Shown here: positions 9,586 through 19,211 of the stretch, piece by piece
Position numbering within the stretch: the first letter of the stretch is position 1
Layout of the letters: each line of letters opens with the position of its first letter
DNA from: Fimicolochytrium jonesii
Lineage: Eukaryota
DNA: 64,000 bases
Assembly: GCF_025526975.1 (NCBI RefSeq)
Contig: NW_026515670.1
Coordinates: 186,001-250,000 of the forward strand
Direction: 5' to 3'
Translations under genes and position numbers: made by a program
Notes under the pieces: generated by a model
Seen by the model: the letters and a program-made list of their open reading frames with translations, nothing else
What the model was told of the DNA's origin: nothing
The model's database searches: none

Positions 9586-12405
9586 ATGAGTCAACACAAA
9601 CAAACTCTAACTGGGGAAAAACGCGCGGCAATGGACGCCGGGTTTGTCAAGTCTTCTAAACGCTTGCGTGTAAACGACCGAGTCCGACGTGACCGTGCAA
9701 TAAGCGCTGGGGATTATGATCTCGCAAGAAAGATCGAAGAAGAAGCAATTCCCTTTGCTGGGAGGGAATCGCATCTATCTATTGGAGACAATGGAAGCGA
9801 TATCATCAATACTAGTATCGTATGTAGTGAAAGCAGTGAAGAGGCTCATTCTTCGGAAAGGGACATGGAAAGCACCCATTTACCGAACATTCCAGGTGTA
9901 ACATACCGAGGTGAAGTTGATAATGACCAAGATGACCAAGATGACCACCTTTATCATGAAAAATTTGACCTTCCCCTCGTCAAGCACGAGTTCCAACACG
10001 ACGGTCGAGTTCAGAACTTGATTACAAGCAAATACGTGGACGCAAAGACTAAAAACGGGCTTCGATATATGAAAAGATTCAAAGTTGCACCAAATACGTA
10101 CAAAGTCGAATATAATCATGGAAAAGATGCTTTGGAAATTGCTAGCGGGCGACTTGTACCAAATCATTTCTCGTTGCAGCAAATGCCCGCACGCGAAACC
10201 CAGCATAGACAGTATCTGTCTTGCGGGCAATACGACGACGTCGATTTAGTAAACTGTCAGCCGACTATTGCCAATCAGTTTCTCCTTCAACGCAATCTAA
10301 TTGTTCCGCAAATGCAATACTATGTTGAAAATCGACAGGACTGTCTTAAAAAATGGAATATGGAGAAACATGATGTGATTGCGGTACTCAACACCGTTAA
10401 CGCGGTAAATTGGCACCCCGATCTCAAAGCCATTCACCGTGCCATTTATGAGAAACTCGTCCCCATTCTTAAAGGGGAAAACCCTGATATTTGGCAAAAA
10501 GTTTTGAAATCTCGAAAACCGAAAACAGTAAATAACCGCGAAGGATCATTTTTCTCGCAGGTGTGCCAAACGACCGAAAACACGATGCTACTTCTTATGC
10601 ACCACTACTTTCTTAATGCAAAGTTTCGTCCCGATGTTCTCATTTCTGATGGTTGCCAGATTCGTAAAGATCCCGAAAATCCTCTTACCCCTGACCACTT
10701 GCGAGCATGCGAGCAATACATCTTTGACAAAACTCAAATGCAGACGAGGATAGCCATTAAACCTATGGAAGTTCCCGCCTCCTACTATGAAAGATTTGGT
10801 TTAATTGCGGATAATGATCATCACCAATTATTTCCCATCCTGGATGAGAACACGGTATTTGCTGATTCAACCGAGGAGAAAGAGCCTTTATTTCTCGAAC
10901 CTTTGTACCCAGAAAATCCACGTCTTGACGAACTAGCGAAGAGCATGATCTGTGAAAAGTCTCACGCGGCATGTGCTCAATTCATCTCCGAATTATGGAG
11001 AAACGATTTCTTCTATGGAGATAATAGTTGGTGGCACTTTGAAAATCATTACTGGAAAGATTCACCTTATTCTATGACGCATAAAATAATGTTCGAGTTA
11101 TTCCCAATTCTTGACGAATTGACAAGTTGGCGCGACACAGGTGGTGATCTAGATGGACATATCTCGAATCTCAAGCGGAGTTTATCAGATTTACCCACAT
11201 CCAAGAATATCGCATCCGCGTGTATTGGTCATTTTCAGAAACTAGACTATCACGCATTTAAATGTAGTTTGAATCGAGACTTGGCGCTACTGTGCTTTAA
11301 AAATGGAGTCTACGATTTGAACGCCGGGCATCTTAGGGATGGCAAACCCCAAGACCGCATCTCTATACAGATTAATTACGACTTTGTTGATTTTTCGCTT
11401 CCGGAAAACGTGCATATTTTCAAGCGTCTTGGGACGATTCTCCAACAAATCCTTCCGGATCGTGACGAGCGGGAGTATGTTCTTGATATCCTGGCTTGTG
11501 CTCTTGGAGGAAAAAGGACCAATAAACTTGAAATCCTTCTCGGCGAGGGCGCAAATGGGAAATCGCTGCTGACTCAACTTATGGAGTTAGCATTAGGGCC
11601 ATATGCAACCTCTTGGAGCACCGCAATGCTGTGTACAGAATTCGACCCTACCGCACCAAACACCGAGTTGAACAGGGCCAGACACGTCCGATTCATCAAT
11701 ATCCAAGAAGGCAAGAAATCATCGCAGTTTAACATGGAAACATTTCGAAAGTACACGGGAGGAGATTCTTTCAATGGTATACGTGATCTGTTTGAGAAAG
11801 GAAGCGGGGTAACTTCATTCGTACTGCATGCTCAACTTTGGCTATCACTCAATACGCTTATGGCAATATCCGAGGCGAACCACGCGACTTGGAGACGGTT
11901 AGAGTTGCTTGAAATGCGGTCCAAATTTGTCGAGGATGAGTCTGAGGTAGATGTGAAAAACAATCGGTATCTCGCGGATGAGTGTTTGAAGAACGAACTG
12001 CACAGTCTTGCTCCGGCATTTATGTGGTTATTGGTGGAAAAACGCTACAGAGACATGCGAGATAAGAATGACTTTGTTTTATCTCCGCCCACCTCAGTTA
12101 TTGAAGCAACGGAGAGATATCGCAGTGAACAGAATGTTTATCAACTCTTCTTTGATGACATGTGTACCTTTGATTCTGAAGGTCGCATCTTCAATACGGA
12201 ACTATTTGAGAAATGTCAGCAGTGGGCAAAAATCAACCTTAAAGCGGTTACAAAGGCCGATATGAAAAAGTGGCTGTTGAACCAACCGGGCGTTCAATGG
12301 AAAGATTCGTTAAAGATCATGAAAAGCGTAGGCGACTTTGGTCAAAGAAGTGTAGAGAAAGTGTCACGAGGATATCTAGGAATCAAATTGAATAAGTATG
12401 AGTAG
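9586..12405 (+). CDS. TVpol (divergent family A polymerase/primase) fused to D5-like superfamily 3 helicase
   Basis: PolA-like motifs SGRL..SLQQMP, DVDLVNCQP, CQTTE and LISDG. D5_N LLCFKNGVYDL. SF3 Walker A GEGANGKS, Walker B FINIQE, motif C LSLN, WRRL. wHTH-like C-terminus. Confidence 0.85.
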   Translation: MSQHKQTLTGEKRAAMDAGFVKSSKRLRVNDRVRRDRAISAGDYDLARKIEEEAIPFAGRESHLSIGDNGSDIINTSIVCSESSEEAHSSERDMESTHLPNIPGVTYRGEVDNDQDDQDDHLYHEKFDLPLVKHEFQHDGRVQNLITSKYVDAKTKNGLRYMKRFKVAPNTYKVEYNHGKDALEIASGRLVPNHFSLQQMPARETQHRQYLSCGQYDDVDLVNCQPTIANQFLLQRNLIVPQMQYYVENRQDCLKKWNMEKHDVIAVLNTVNAVNWHPDLKAIHRAIYEKLVPILKGENPDIWQKVLKSRKPKTVNNREGSFFSQVCQTTENTMLLLMHHYFLNAKFRPDVLISDGCQIRKDPENPLTPDHLRACEQYIFDKTQMQTRIAIKPMEVPASYYERFGLIADNDHHQLFPILDENTVFADSTEEKEPLFLEPLYPENPRLDELAKSMICEKSHAACAQFISELWRNDFFYGDNSWWHFENHYWKDSPYSMTHKIMFELFPILDELTSWRDTGGDLDGHISNLKRSLSDLPTSKNIASACIGHFQKLDYHAFKCSLNRDLALLCFKNGVYDLNAGHLRDGKPQDRISIQINYDFVDFSLPENVHIFKRLGTILQQILPDRDEREYVLDILACALGGKRTNKLEILLGEGANGKSLLTQLMELALGPYATSWSTAMLCTEFDPTAPNTELNRARHVRFINIQEGKKSSQFNMETFRKYTGGDSFNGIRDLFEKGSGVTSFVLHAQLWLSLNTLMAISEANHATWRRLELLEMRSKFVEDESEVDVKNNRYLADECLKNELHSLAPAFMWLLVEKRYRDMRDKNDFVLSPPTSVIEATERYRSEQNVYQLFFDDMCTFDSEGRIFNTELFEKCQQWAKINLKAVTKADMKKWLLNQPGVQWKDSLKIMKSVGDFGQRSVEKVSRGYLGIKLNKYE

Positions 12406-12432
12406 GGAGGGGAAAAGTAGAAGCGGGGGTAG

Positions 12433-12847
12433 GTAGCCATTAAGAGCAATCCGTAGTCATTCAGGTAGCCATTTTTTCTGACTCGACAAGGAACTTTAGA
12501 TCGAGTGAAAGGTTGAATTTGATAAGAAGAATGAAGAGAATAATATGAAGAGAATAGAAAGTAGCCAAGTAGCCATTTATTTTGGAAAGGTGTTATAGTA
12601 TAAATTTTGATCAACAAGGTGGTGGTGGTGAATATGACCACCACCTTGAGGAGCACAGTTTTATATATACGGAGAGAATTCTGGCAGAAAATGGCTACTT
12701 GGCTACCATTTGAAACGCTCGACGAAACGGCTCGATAAAAATCAGTGAAAGACGCGTGTTCACTCGATAAAGAGGGAAAGTATGGAGAGGAGGGAAATGG
12801 CTACGAAACGGCCACGAAGTGGCTATGAAATGGCTAAAAATGGCTAC
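12433..12847. promoter_or_regulatory. Convergent iteron array around a hairpin; candidate replication origin
   Basis: GTAGCCA copies on the left (12433, 12465, 12561, 12569) and TGGCTAC-type copies on the right. 18-bp perfect IR 12561..12578/12689..12706. Central 12-bp IR 12615..12626/12637..12648. Five ~11-bp units at 12794..12847. Confidence 0.6.
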
Positions 12848-12989
12848 CACTCGATAACGTTGTTATTCGCGCAAAGTAACAGAACCAATCCGGAGACAAC
12901 GGAGAGGGTTGCGTGTAGTCCTGGCAAGAATTGGCTCGAAGTCGTTTAATAAACAAAGGCCCAGCGAGGTCACGTGACTGGAGTCGTGC

Positions 12990-13160
12990 CGATAGGCTGT
13001 TGAGATCTGTAGGATAGGCTGACGAGATCTGTGGCCCATAGACTCATATGCTGAGAATAGGCTGTTGAGGACTATGGGCCATTGACCCGTAGGCTGTTAA
13101 GAAGTATGACCTATAGACCCCGTAGGCTGTTGAGAAGTATGACCTATAGACCGATAGGCT
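12990..13160. repeat. Degenerate TAGGCTG-containing tandem repeats, including a 33-bp near-perfect duplication
   Basis: CCCGTAGGCTGTT(A/G)AGAAGTATGACCTATAGACC twice at ~13086..13152, plus several ATAGGCTG copies. Confidence 0.85.
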
Positions 13161-13162
13161 AC

Positions 13163-13210
13163 TGTCATAGGCCACCCATAGGCTGTACAGCCTATGGGTG
13201 GCCTATGACA
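13163..13210. repeat. Perfect 48-bp palindrome without loop
   Basis: TGTCATAGGCCACCCATAGGCTGT|ACAGCCTATGGGTGGCCTATGACA. Confidence 0.97.
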
Positions 13211-13503
13211 ACGGCCCATACCGAAAAGTGGATGCACCACCCCCCCCGGAGGAAGTCAACGGCAAACTCGAACACCGAGTTGAAGACACCCTCGACTCCA
13301 AGTGGGTATGCAACGCCGAGATGTTCCTGGTCAAATGGGCCGGCTACGACGTGTCCCAGAACACCTGGGACCCACTCCGACAGGTCTGTGACACCTCGGC
13401 CCACAAGCGATATGTCCGAAAGCAAGCCGCCAAGCGCCAGGAGACTCGGGAGACCAAGGCAAAGGAGAGAGCGGCAGTCTCTTGTCGCAGTAAACGTATC
13501 TGA
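13198..13503 (+). pseudogene. Degenerate chromodomain, resembling the C-terminus of Ty3/Gypsy chromovirus pol
   Basis: PPPPEEVNGKLEHRVEDTLDSK..FLVKWAGYDVSQNTWDP. No upstream integrase or RT. Confidence 0.7.
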
Positions 13504-13558
13504 ACCTTGTACATACAGAGTTTCTACTGTCCGAAATGATCATTACCATTACGGACTC

Positions 13559-13778
13559 ATGCGGGCGGGTACTAGTACCAAGGCCTGTGATGCGGGCGGG
13601 TACACAGTATCAGGGCCTATGATGCGGGCGGGTACGTAGTACCAGGGCCTATGATGCGGGCGGGTACGAGGTACCAGGGCCTATGCGAGCGAGCAAGCGA
13701 GGTGTCAGGGCTCATGCGGGCGGGTATGCAATACCAAGGCCTAGGATGCGAGCGGGTGCGAGGCACCAGGGCTCAGGA
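13559..13778. repeat. Minisatellite, ~7 copies of a ~30-32-bp unit
   Basis: ATGCGGGCGGGTAC..GTACCAGGGCCT units in tandem with no unique spacers. Confidence 0.9.
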
Positions 13779-13966
13779 CGATCAGTGAAGTACCAAAGGG
13801 AAACGCTCCGAAGAGATCAAATTCCACAAAATATATACAAGAAAGAAGAACGACGACGCCAGGCTAAATATCAGCCTGTTTGGCGAAAGACCATTGGCAA
13901 CGTGAGCCGTGGCAGGCGGTCCCCATGCCACAACGCAGCGGGACGAACTGCTGGACGTTCATCTGG

Positions 13967-14621
13967 CTAGAGGGAGCGCGTCACGTCAGTGGCGCAACCT
14001 GTCAAAAACTCACAACTGTTGTACTTACACGCGGACATGCCCCATAAACTGGATGTGGTCGCAGGGGAAGACCGCACGTCCTCGGCCAGACAATTGCAGT
14101 CGGGCCACACACAGGTGCAGGGTAGCGCCTGGCAGAAGAGCGGCACTTCACACTCCTCCCCGAAACCATCCATGTAGCCGCACGTGAACTCCTTGATGGG
14201 TGTGTCGGTCTGTTGGGAAGGAACGTGAGCTGTCAGTCACCCCACGGGAACCACCCATGACATGCGGTTCCTTAGGGTGTCATCACAGAGCAGGAGGATG
14301 CAAGGCCGGCATATAACGTGCTGGCACGCCGAGAGGAACATTTTGCGGGGGCGGTACGTGTTGCAGTTCCAACACGTAGGTCGGGCCGGTGGAGCCGGGG
14401 GCACCGGGGTACTGTCCGAGTGCACCTCGGGGGTGTCCTGAGATAGAATTGGTCAAACCACGTAAGTTCGGTCAATTGGGCAACCCCCGTGGACTCACCA
14501 CTCGCTGTCGCTTGAGAGCCTTCTTCAGGCTGTCCCCTGTGGTGGGGCCCTCGCCTACTTTCTTCTTGCCCGATGACGGGCCAGCGGCAGTGGGCTTGGC
14601 AGGAGGAGCTACGCTGGCCAT
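13967..14621 (-). CDS. Small multi-exon RING-finger / cysteine-rich protein (possibly degenerate)
   Basis: Exon MASVAPPAK..KRQRV, then a GTGAGT..CAG intron, then CWNC..CQHVICRPC (C3HC4-like). The downstream piece FTCGYMDGFGEEC has an unclear splice donor. Confidence 0.5.
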
Positions 14622-14725
14622 AGTGAAGAGGGGAACGGCGACGGTGAGAGGTTACGAGATTGGGAGCAAGAAATGTGTTATGGACGACGCGCCCATACCA
14701 TAAGCTTACCTACTGACAGCCGCCA

Positions 14726-14885
14726 ATGTCAACCGCCAAATGTCAAACGCCAATGTCAATGTCAATGTCAGTGTCAATGTCAGTGTCAATGTCAATGTCA
14801 ATGCCACTCCCCCTCTCTCCTCTCATTTCGCCAATCCTCTTGCAATATCGCCACTCCTCCTCTCTCCTCTCATTTCGCCAATCCC
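14726..14885. repeat. (TGTCAA)n microsatellite followed by a ~35-bp pyrimidine-rich duplication
   Basis: Repeated TGTCAA/TGTCAG, then CTCTCTCCTCTCATTTCGCCAATCC twice. Confidence 0.9.
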
Positions 14886-15215
14886 CCCTCGGCTTCTCCA
14901 CACCCCCCACTGCTTCCCCATAGCCAGCAGCTGTAGCAATGCTCTCTACGCTCGCCACGCACGCTCTAGGAGCATAGCTGGCGCCCCCCAGTCCCCTCTT
15001 GTTGTTGTTGTTCTCTGATCTGCTGGGTTGCCCATCTATAAATAGCCGGCCTCTCTTCGTCCATTCCCTTCCTCCCCAGCAGATCAACACCAGTTCTTCT
15101 CATCTCCTGTTCTAGTCCTTGTTTCTTGTTTCGCCAATACAATCTCTTGTCGCCTATCACACTCGCCCTGTCTTCTCTACTTCGCTTCCGCCCCCGTCGT
15201 CGAGATCATAACAAA

Positions 15216-16600
15216 ATGTAAGTCCGGGGACTGGCGGGAAGGTGCCAAGGGCGTACTGCCTTTTTTTTATATGCCACAGGGACAAGGACGATAGCGCCCC
15301 ACGACCAGCTGCGGCCGAATCATCTCTACCTCATATCGGCGTGGATCTGATTGCCATCGTGGTGACCACCGGTGACGCCAGCTGCTCCAGTAGAGCCATG
15401 CGCACTCCTCATGGCCGACACCTGTGTCAGCTCCACATCAAGTAACAGCGGGGAGCGACTGACAGGTGCGGTCGGTGTCGGAGTGACACTTGGCTCTAAG
15501 GGGGGTGTAATGAGGTGCTGCAGGTGTCACCTTAGTGCGGGGAAGCGCGTAGGGCATGAGATCACGTGGAGCATATATTATATTGGAGTTCTACGCTCTG
15601 GGGTGACTCCCAAAGGGAAGAAAAGCCTTCGGGCGGCGCCCCGGGAGGTAGAAACTCTAGATTTCTTCCAATACATCGAGCAGAGACAGAGCTAGCCCCT
15701 GGCAACGGGCCTAGCATTATTACAGACTGGGAGGGCGAGATGGTCTATGCGGGGTTTGGGGAGAGGCCGGCAAAGGCGAGGGGCCTGGATGGGCTTGAGC
15801 GAATTGAACCCCGGGCAGGGGCCGACATCTACATCCGCGACGAGCACGGCGCCCTTGTGGCCACAATCTCGTACATTACCGCGGGTCGTTGCGAACACGA
15901 CCTACGGCTGGGGCTCATCGTCGAGTCCTGTGGATCCCGGCCGGCTGTGGTTCGATGGAAGGCCTCAAGGGGCACAATGCATGCCGCGGGGCTTTGTCGT
16001 GGCCACAAGAACTCGGGATATGCCAGGGGGACATCGCACTATGCAATGAAAGGAGGGGAAAAGAAGTTTCTCGTTGCCACGGAAAAGGCCTTCACCAAGC
16101 GACTGCTGCAGGAGCTCGCCAAACGCAACCCCACCGTGGAGGCCTACCTGATGATGGCCATGCCAGAGGTGTACAGGCCAAATTCCGATGAGTTCCCCCC
16201 GCGGTTCGCCACCACCAACTATCAAGTGGTCGTTCACTGCGACCCGTCGGACGACGGCGTAGCCGGCGAGCTGAACCCGCACACAGGACGCACCATATGG
16301 AAGCCGACCCCGAAGGAGGAGCTTCTGGAGGAGCTTCAAGCCCGCAAGCTATGCGCATGGGCGGCAGGCTATGCCGCCGCTCCGCCAACCGTCGTCGGCG
16401 AGTGGGTATTTGTGCTGCCAGAGCAAGGCTTCTAGTTGGTGCTGCAGCCCAACTGCATGTGGACGTGGATGCCTGACAAGCTCCACGGAACGGCGGTGCT
16501 TGACACGTCCGGCGGCAGTCGCCACACAGCTGTTGTGACGCTGCCCCTGGCGACGGCCGCGGCCATCCGGAAATACGGCCTCCCTGATGAAGATGAATAA
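15216..16600 (+). pseudogene. TET/JBP-like 2OG-Fe(II) dioxygenase, disrupted
   Basis: GTMHAAG and NYQVVVHCDPSD (HxD). Reading past TAG 16433..16435 gives LVLQPNCMWTWMPDKLHGT..SRHTAV (distal H and R) up to TAA at 16600. Probable frameshift near 15690. Possible AT|G start split by intron 15218..15279. Confidence 0.6.
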
Positions 16601-16872
16601 CCCGGCAGTCATCCGTTCGGACCTTTTAGGTCGCCGGTCTAATATATAGCAACCCTCTGCTCTCTAACTCATCATCCGCTTGGGCCTTTTTGGGCGTCGG
16701 CTGTTAGTGTAGAAATGAATGCAATGTACACAAGTCGCTACCCACGATGGTCTTCTGAAAAGCCTTCCTGAATCACACACAGCGTTCGAAAACTGTTAGA
16801 AACGGTCGAAGCGATTTGGATGAGGGCAGGATCGATTTGGATGAGGGCAGGACATCGGGGCCTCAAGTTGGT

Positions 16873-17095
16873 TTCCCGGTTTGACGTGCGGGGGACAAAT
16901 TTCTCCCCCAAATCCATTGAGGGCTGATTAGTACAGCGTGGGGCGAAAATCGTTCCCCCGACGGCGTCGCGGAGAGCACTGTCCCCGGGCACTTCCCGGT
17001 TTGACGTGCGGGGGACGAATTTCTCCCCAAAATCCATTGAGGGCTGATTAGTACAGCGTGGGGCGAAAATCGTTCCCCCGACGGCGTCGCGGAGA
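16873..17095. repeat. 103-bp direct repeat, period 120 bp
   Basis: 16873..16975 versus 16993..17095, nearly identical. Confidence 0.95.
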
Positions 17096-17323
17096 ATAGA
17101 CGGAGGTCACCAGTATCCCTCATATCGCCGCCATCTTTGGGTCGGATCGCGCACGGGGCTCTCGCTCTCGCGCATGAGCCCCTCATATCATCTCCCATAT
17201 CATCAAATGCATCTCATTTACTATTTCGCCGAAGTCGGGTCTCGCCGTGCGCGATCCGGCGTCGTTGGGTCCAAAGATGTGCTGGATCATATGTATTTAT
17301 TTATCGTTTATAATATACGTGTA

Positions 17324-17355
17324 CGCGGTTTCGCCCGCGAAGGTCGCTCGCTAGT
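17324..17355 (+). mobile_element. Helitron-like 3' terminus
   Basis: GC hairpin CGCGG-TTTCGC-CCGCG, 11-nt spacer, then CTAG followed by T, after an AT-rich tract. Confidence 0.45.
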
Positions 17356-17704
17356 AGCTTTATCAACCCTATCCCCAACCTCACAACCCTAACCCGGTAA
17401 TAACCAACGCTGCTCGACCTCGGAGTCTGAAGGCTCGGACATACTGTGCAGTACGTATAAATAGCTGCACGTCGTCGGGCGGAACACCTTTTTCCTCCTC
17501 AGCATTTCAAGACCAAGATCAAGACCAAGATTCCGTGGCCCAGTCCCCAGGTTCCGTTGCCCATTCCCCAGTACACCTAGAAAAAGTTATGACCACTGCC
17601 GGCACGGCCAGGCGTGATTGTTAACTCTACTTCTGTGTTGGAGGTGCTGTGTTCTGCGCTTGGGTCCGTCTGTGCATTTTGAGCTGTGCTATTCGGCTAT
17701 TCGG

Positions 17705-18070
17705 TCATGGACTTCGGTGTATGGACGAGTGTATGGACCACTGTTGGCCGTTAAAAACCTCTCCCAGGTGTAAAAACCTCCATGAGGAAAAAAAAAAGAT
17801 CCTGGGAGTAGGAAAAGAGCGCATCGTCGTATCAGGAAACATCGGCTGTTCGGCGCAATCCCAGAGCGTGAACAAACTTCCAGTGTTTGTTTTCATCGAG
17901 TGACTTGGTAAATATATTCGCAACGTTGTCGTGCGTATTGATCTGAGTGACGTTAATTGTTTTCGCATTCTCTTGACGGATATAGGCATGTCGGGAATGC
18001 GGCATCTGGTCGATATGTGGCCTGCGGTTCCGCAGCGGAAACAGGTACGGTCGTCCTTACTTTCATCCAT
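17705..18070 (-). pseudogene. Retrotransposon gag-like remnant with CCHC zinc knuckle
   Basis: CFRCGTAGHISTRC (C-x2-C-x4-H-x4-C). The remainder is degenerate. Confidence 0.55.
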
Positions 18071-19211
18071 TCTTGACTATGTTACTTTACTTCATCCCAC
18101 TCTTGTCTTGTTCCTCTTTATAAAATTATATTGGCAGGGCTGCTCGTATGGATGGCGCCATTGAAGTCGCAATTATGAAGGGCCAAAGTTCTCAACGCTC
18201 TTCTTCCTCCCCTGTTTGGGCAATGTGCTACGGATTCCATGTATGTAGGATAACCTTATTACGCGTTGGAGGGGACAACGCGTTTTATATAAGCCTCTTC
18301 GAACCCGCTGTCCCGCTGTTTCCGCTGTCCCGTTAACCCTTCAACCTCAAGCGCCGGAGACGCGCTTTTTGCTTACCCAAGCTTGCGGAGTTGCACAAAC
18401 CCCCTCCGCGCCATCTCAAAGCATGGCTTACCTTCCATATGGAAAAGGCCGATAATATACTGTATGTCTGCTGAACAAGGACGTAAAGCTCCATGGTCCC
18501 TAGAATCAGCACATGTCTCAGAAAAAGGTGGCCCTGACCCAGCGTCCCCTTTGTTACCCCGTGCCGGGCCCCAGCATCCTCCTTCTTTTTGCCGGAACTG
18601 GGCAATTCGATTGAAACCGCTTGCACGATGCACAACACGGCAGGCTTACGCGTTTCCTGCCACGCGAGACGAATTTGCAACTCCTTTCGCTCTCCTGTTC
18701 GCTGTATGCTATTTCTGCCCCGCTGATCCCGAACCGAGTCCCAGCTGTCAAACTGCTCGTCTCCGGTTGGAGAACGCTAGTCCTACATTACAGCGCGGTG
18801 AGGAAGGTGTGCAATTTAATTGCGCACACGTTTTGGTTTCCCCAAGATTATTGGGCAAAAGGGGAAACATGTAACTTCCGCTCATCTCGCATCTCGCACG
18901 CGAGATGGAGGGGGAAGTTATGAACAGTTACGATCGGACGGGACCTCGCATACAACCATATCACCATTGCTCCTCACACCCAGAATCAGTGATTCCCCAC
19001 CACTCCTGTACACTCCCATCGCAACCTATTGCTATCCTACATATCCCCTGACATGTGAGCCAAAAAAAAAGCAAATCTGCCCTACACAACCTATCATACC
19101 CCACGATCTTCCTACTCCGTGTGTGCGATCCCCGTGGTTGCAGCTAACCCAGAACGCCATGCATGCATTTCGTAGTGTGTGTGAAATCTCCGACCTGGGA
19201 GGTTCCCCCGG

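Larger units (their letters stand above)
1..12850. mobile_element. Endogenous Polinton-like virus / virophage-like element (left end outside window, right boundary approximate)
   Basis: Compact cluster of capsid, penton, packaging ATPase, integrase, tyrosine recombinase and polymerase-helicase ORFs with very short intergenic gaps. Visibly more AT-rich than the host genes downstream. Core ORFs are uninterrupted. Confidence 0.9.

Noticed and set aside
1..13210. Terminal inverted repeats / target-site duplication, and classification as a canonical Maverick/Polinton
   Set aside because: The left end is outside the window so termini cannot be paired. No protein-primed PolB or adenain protease is visible in this part.
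13559..13778. Possible CRISPR array
   Set aside because: Units are contiguous and degenerate with no unique spacers, there are no cas genes, and the context is eukaryotic. It is a minisatellite.
14673..15090. ORFs with CQCQ / MSMS / NVNV / DIDI repeats
   Set aside because: These are translations of the (TGTCAA)n microsatellite.
16433..16435. TAG reassignment or programmed readthrough
   Set aside because: Other genes here end in TAG (e.g. 5717, 34649, 47280, 61255), and the same gene also seems frameshifted, so a nonsense mutation is simpler.
17363..17393. Telomere-like CCCTAACCC
   Set aside because: Only one good unit, not an array.
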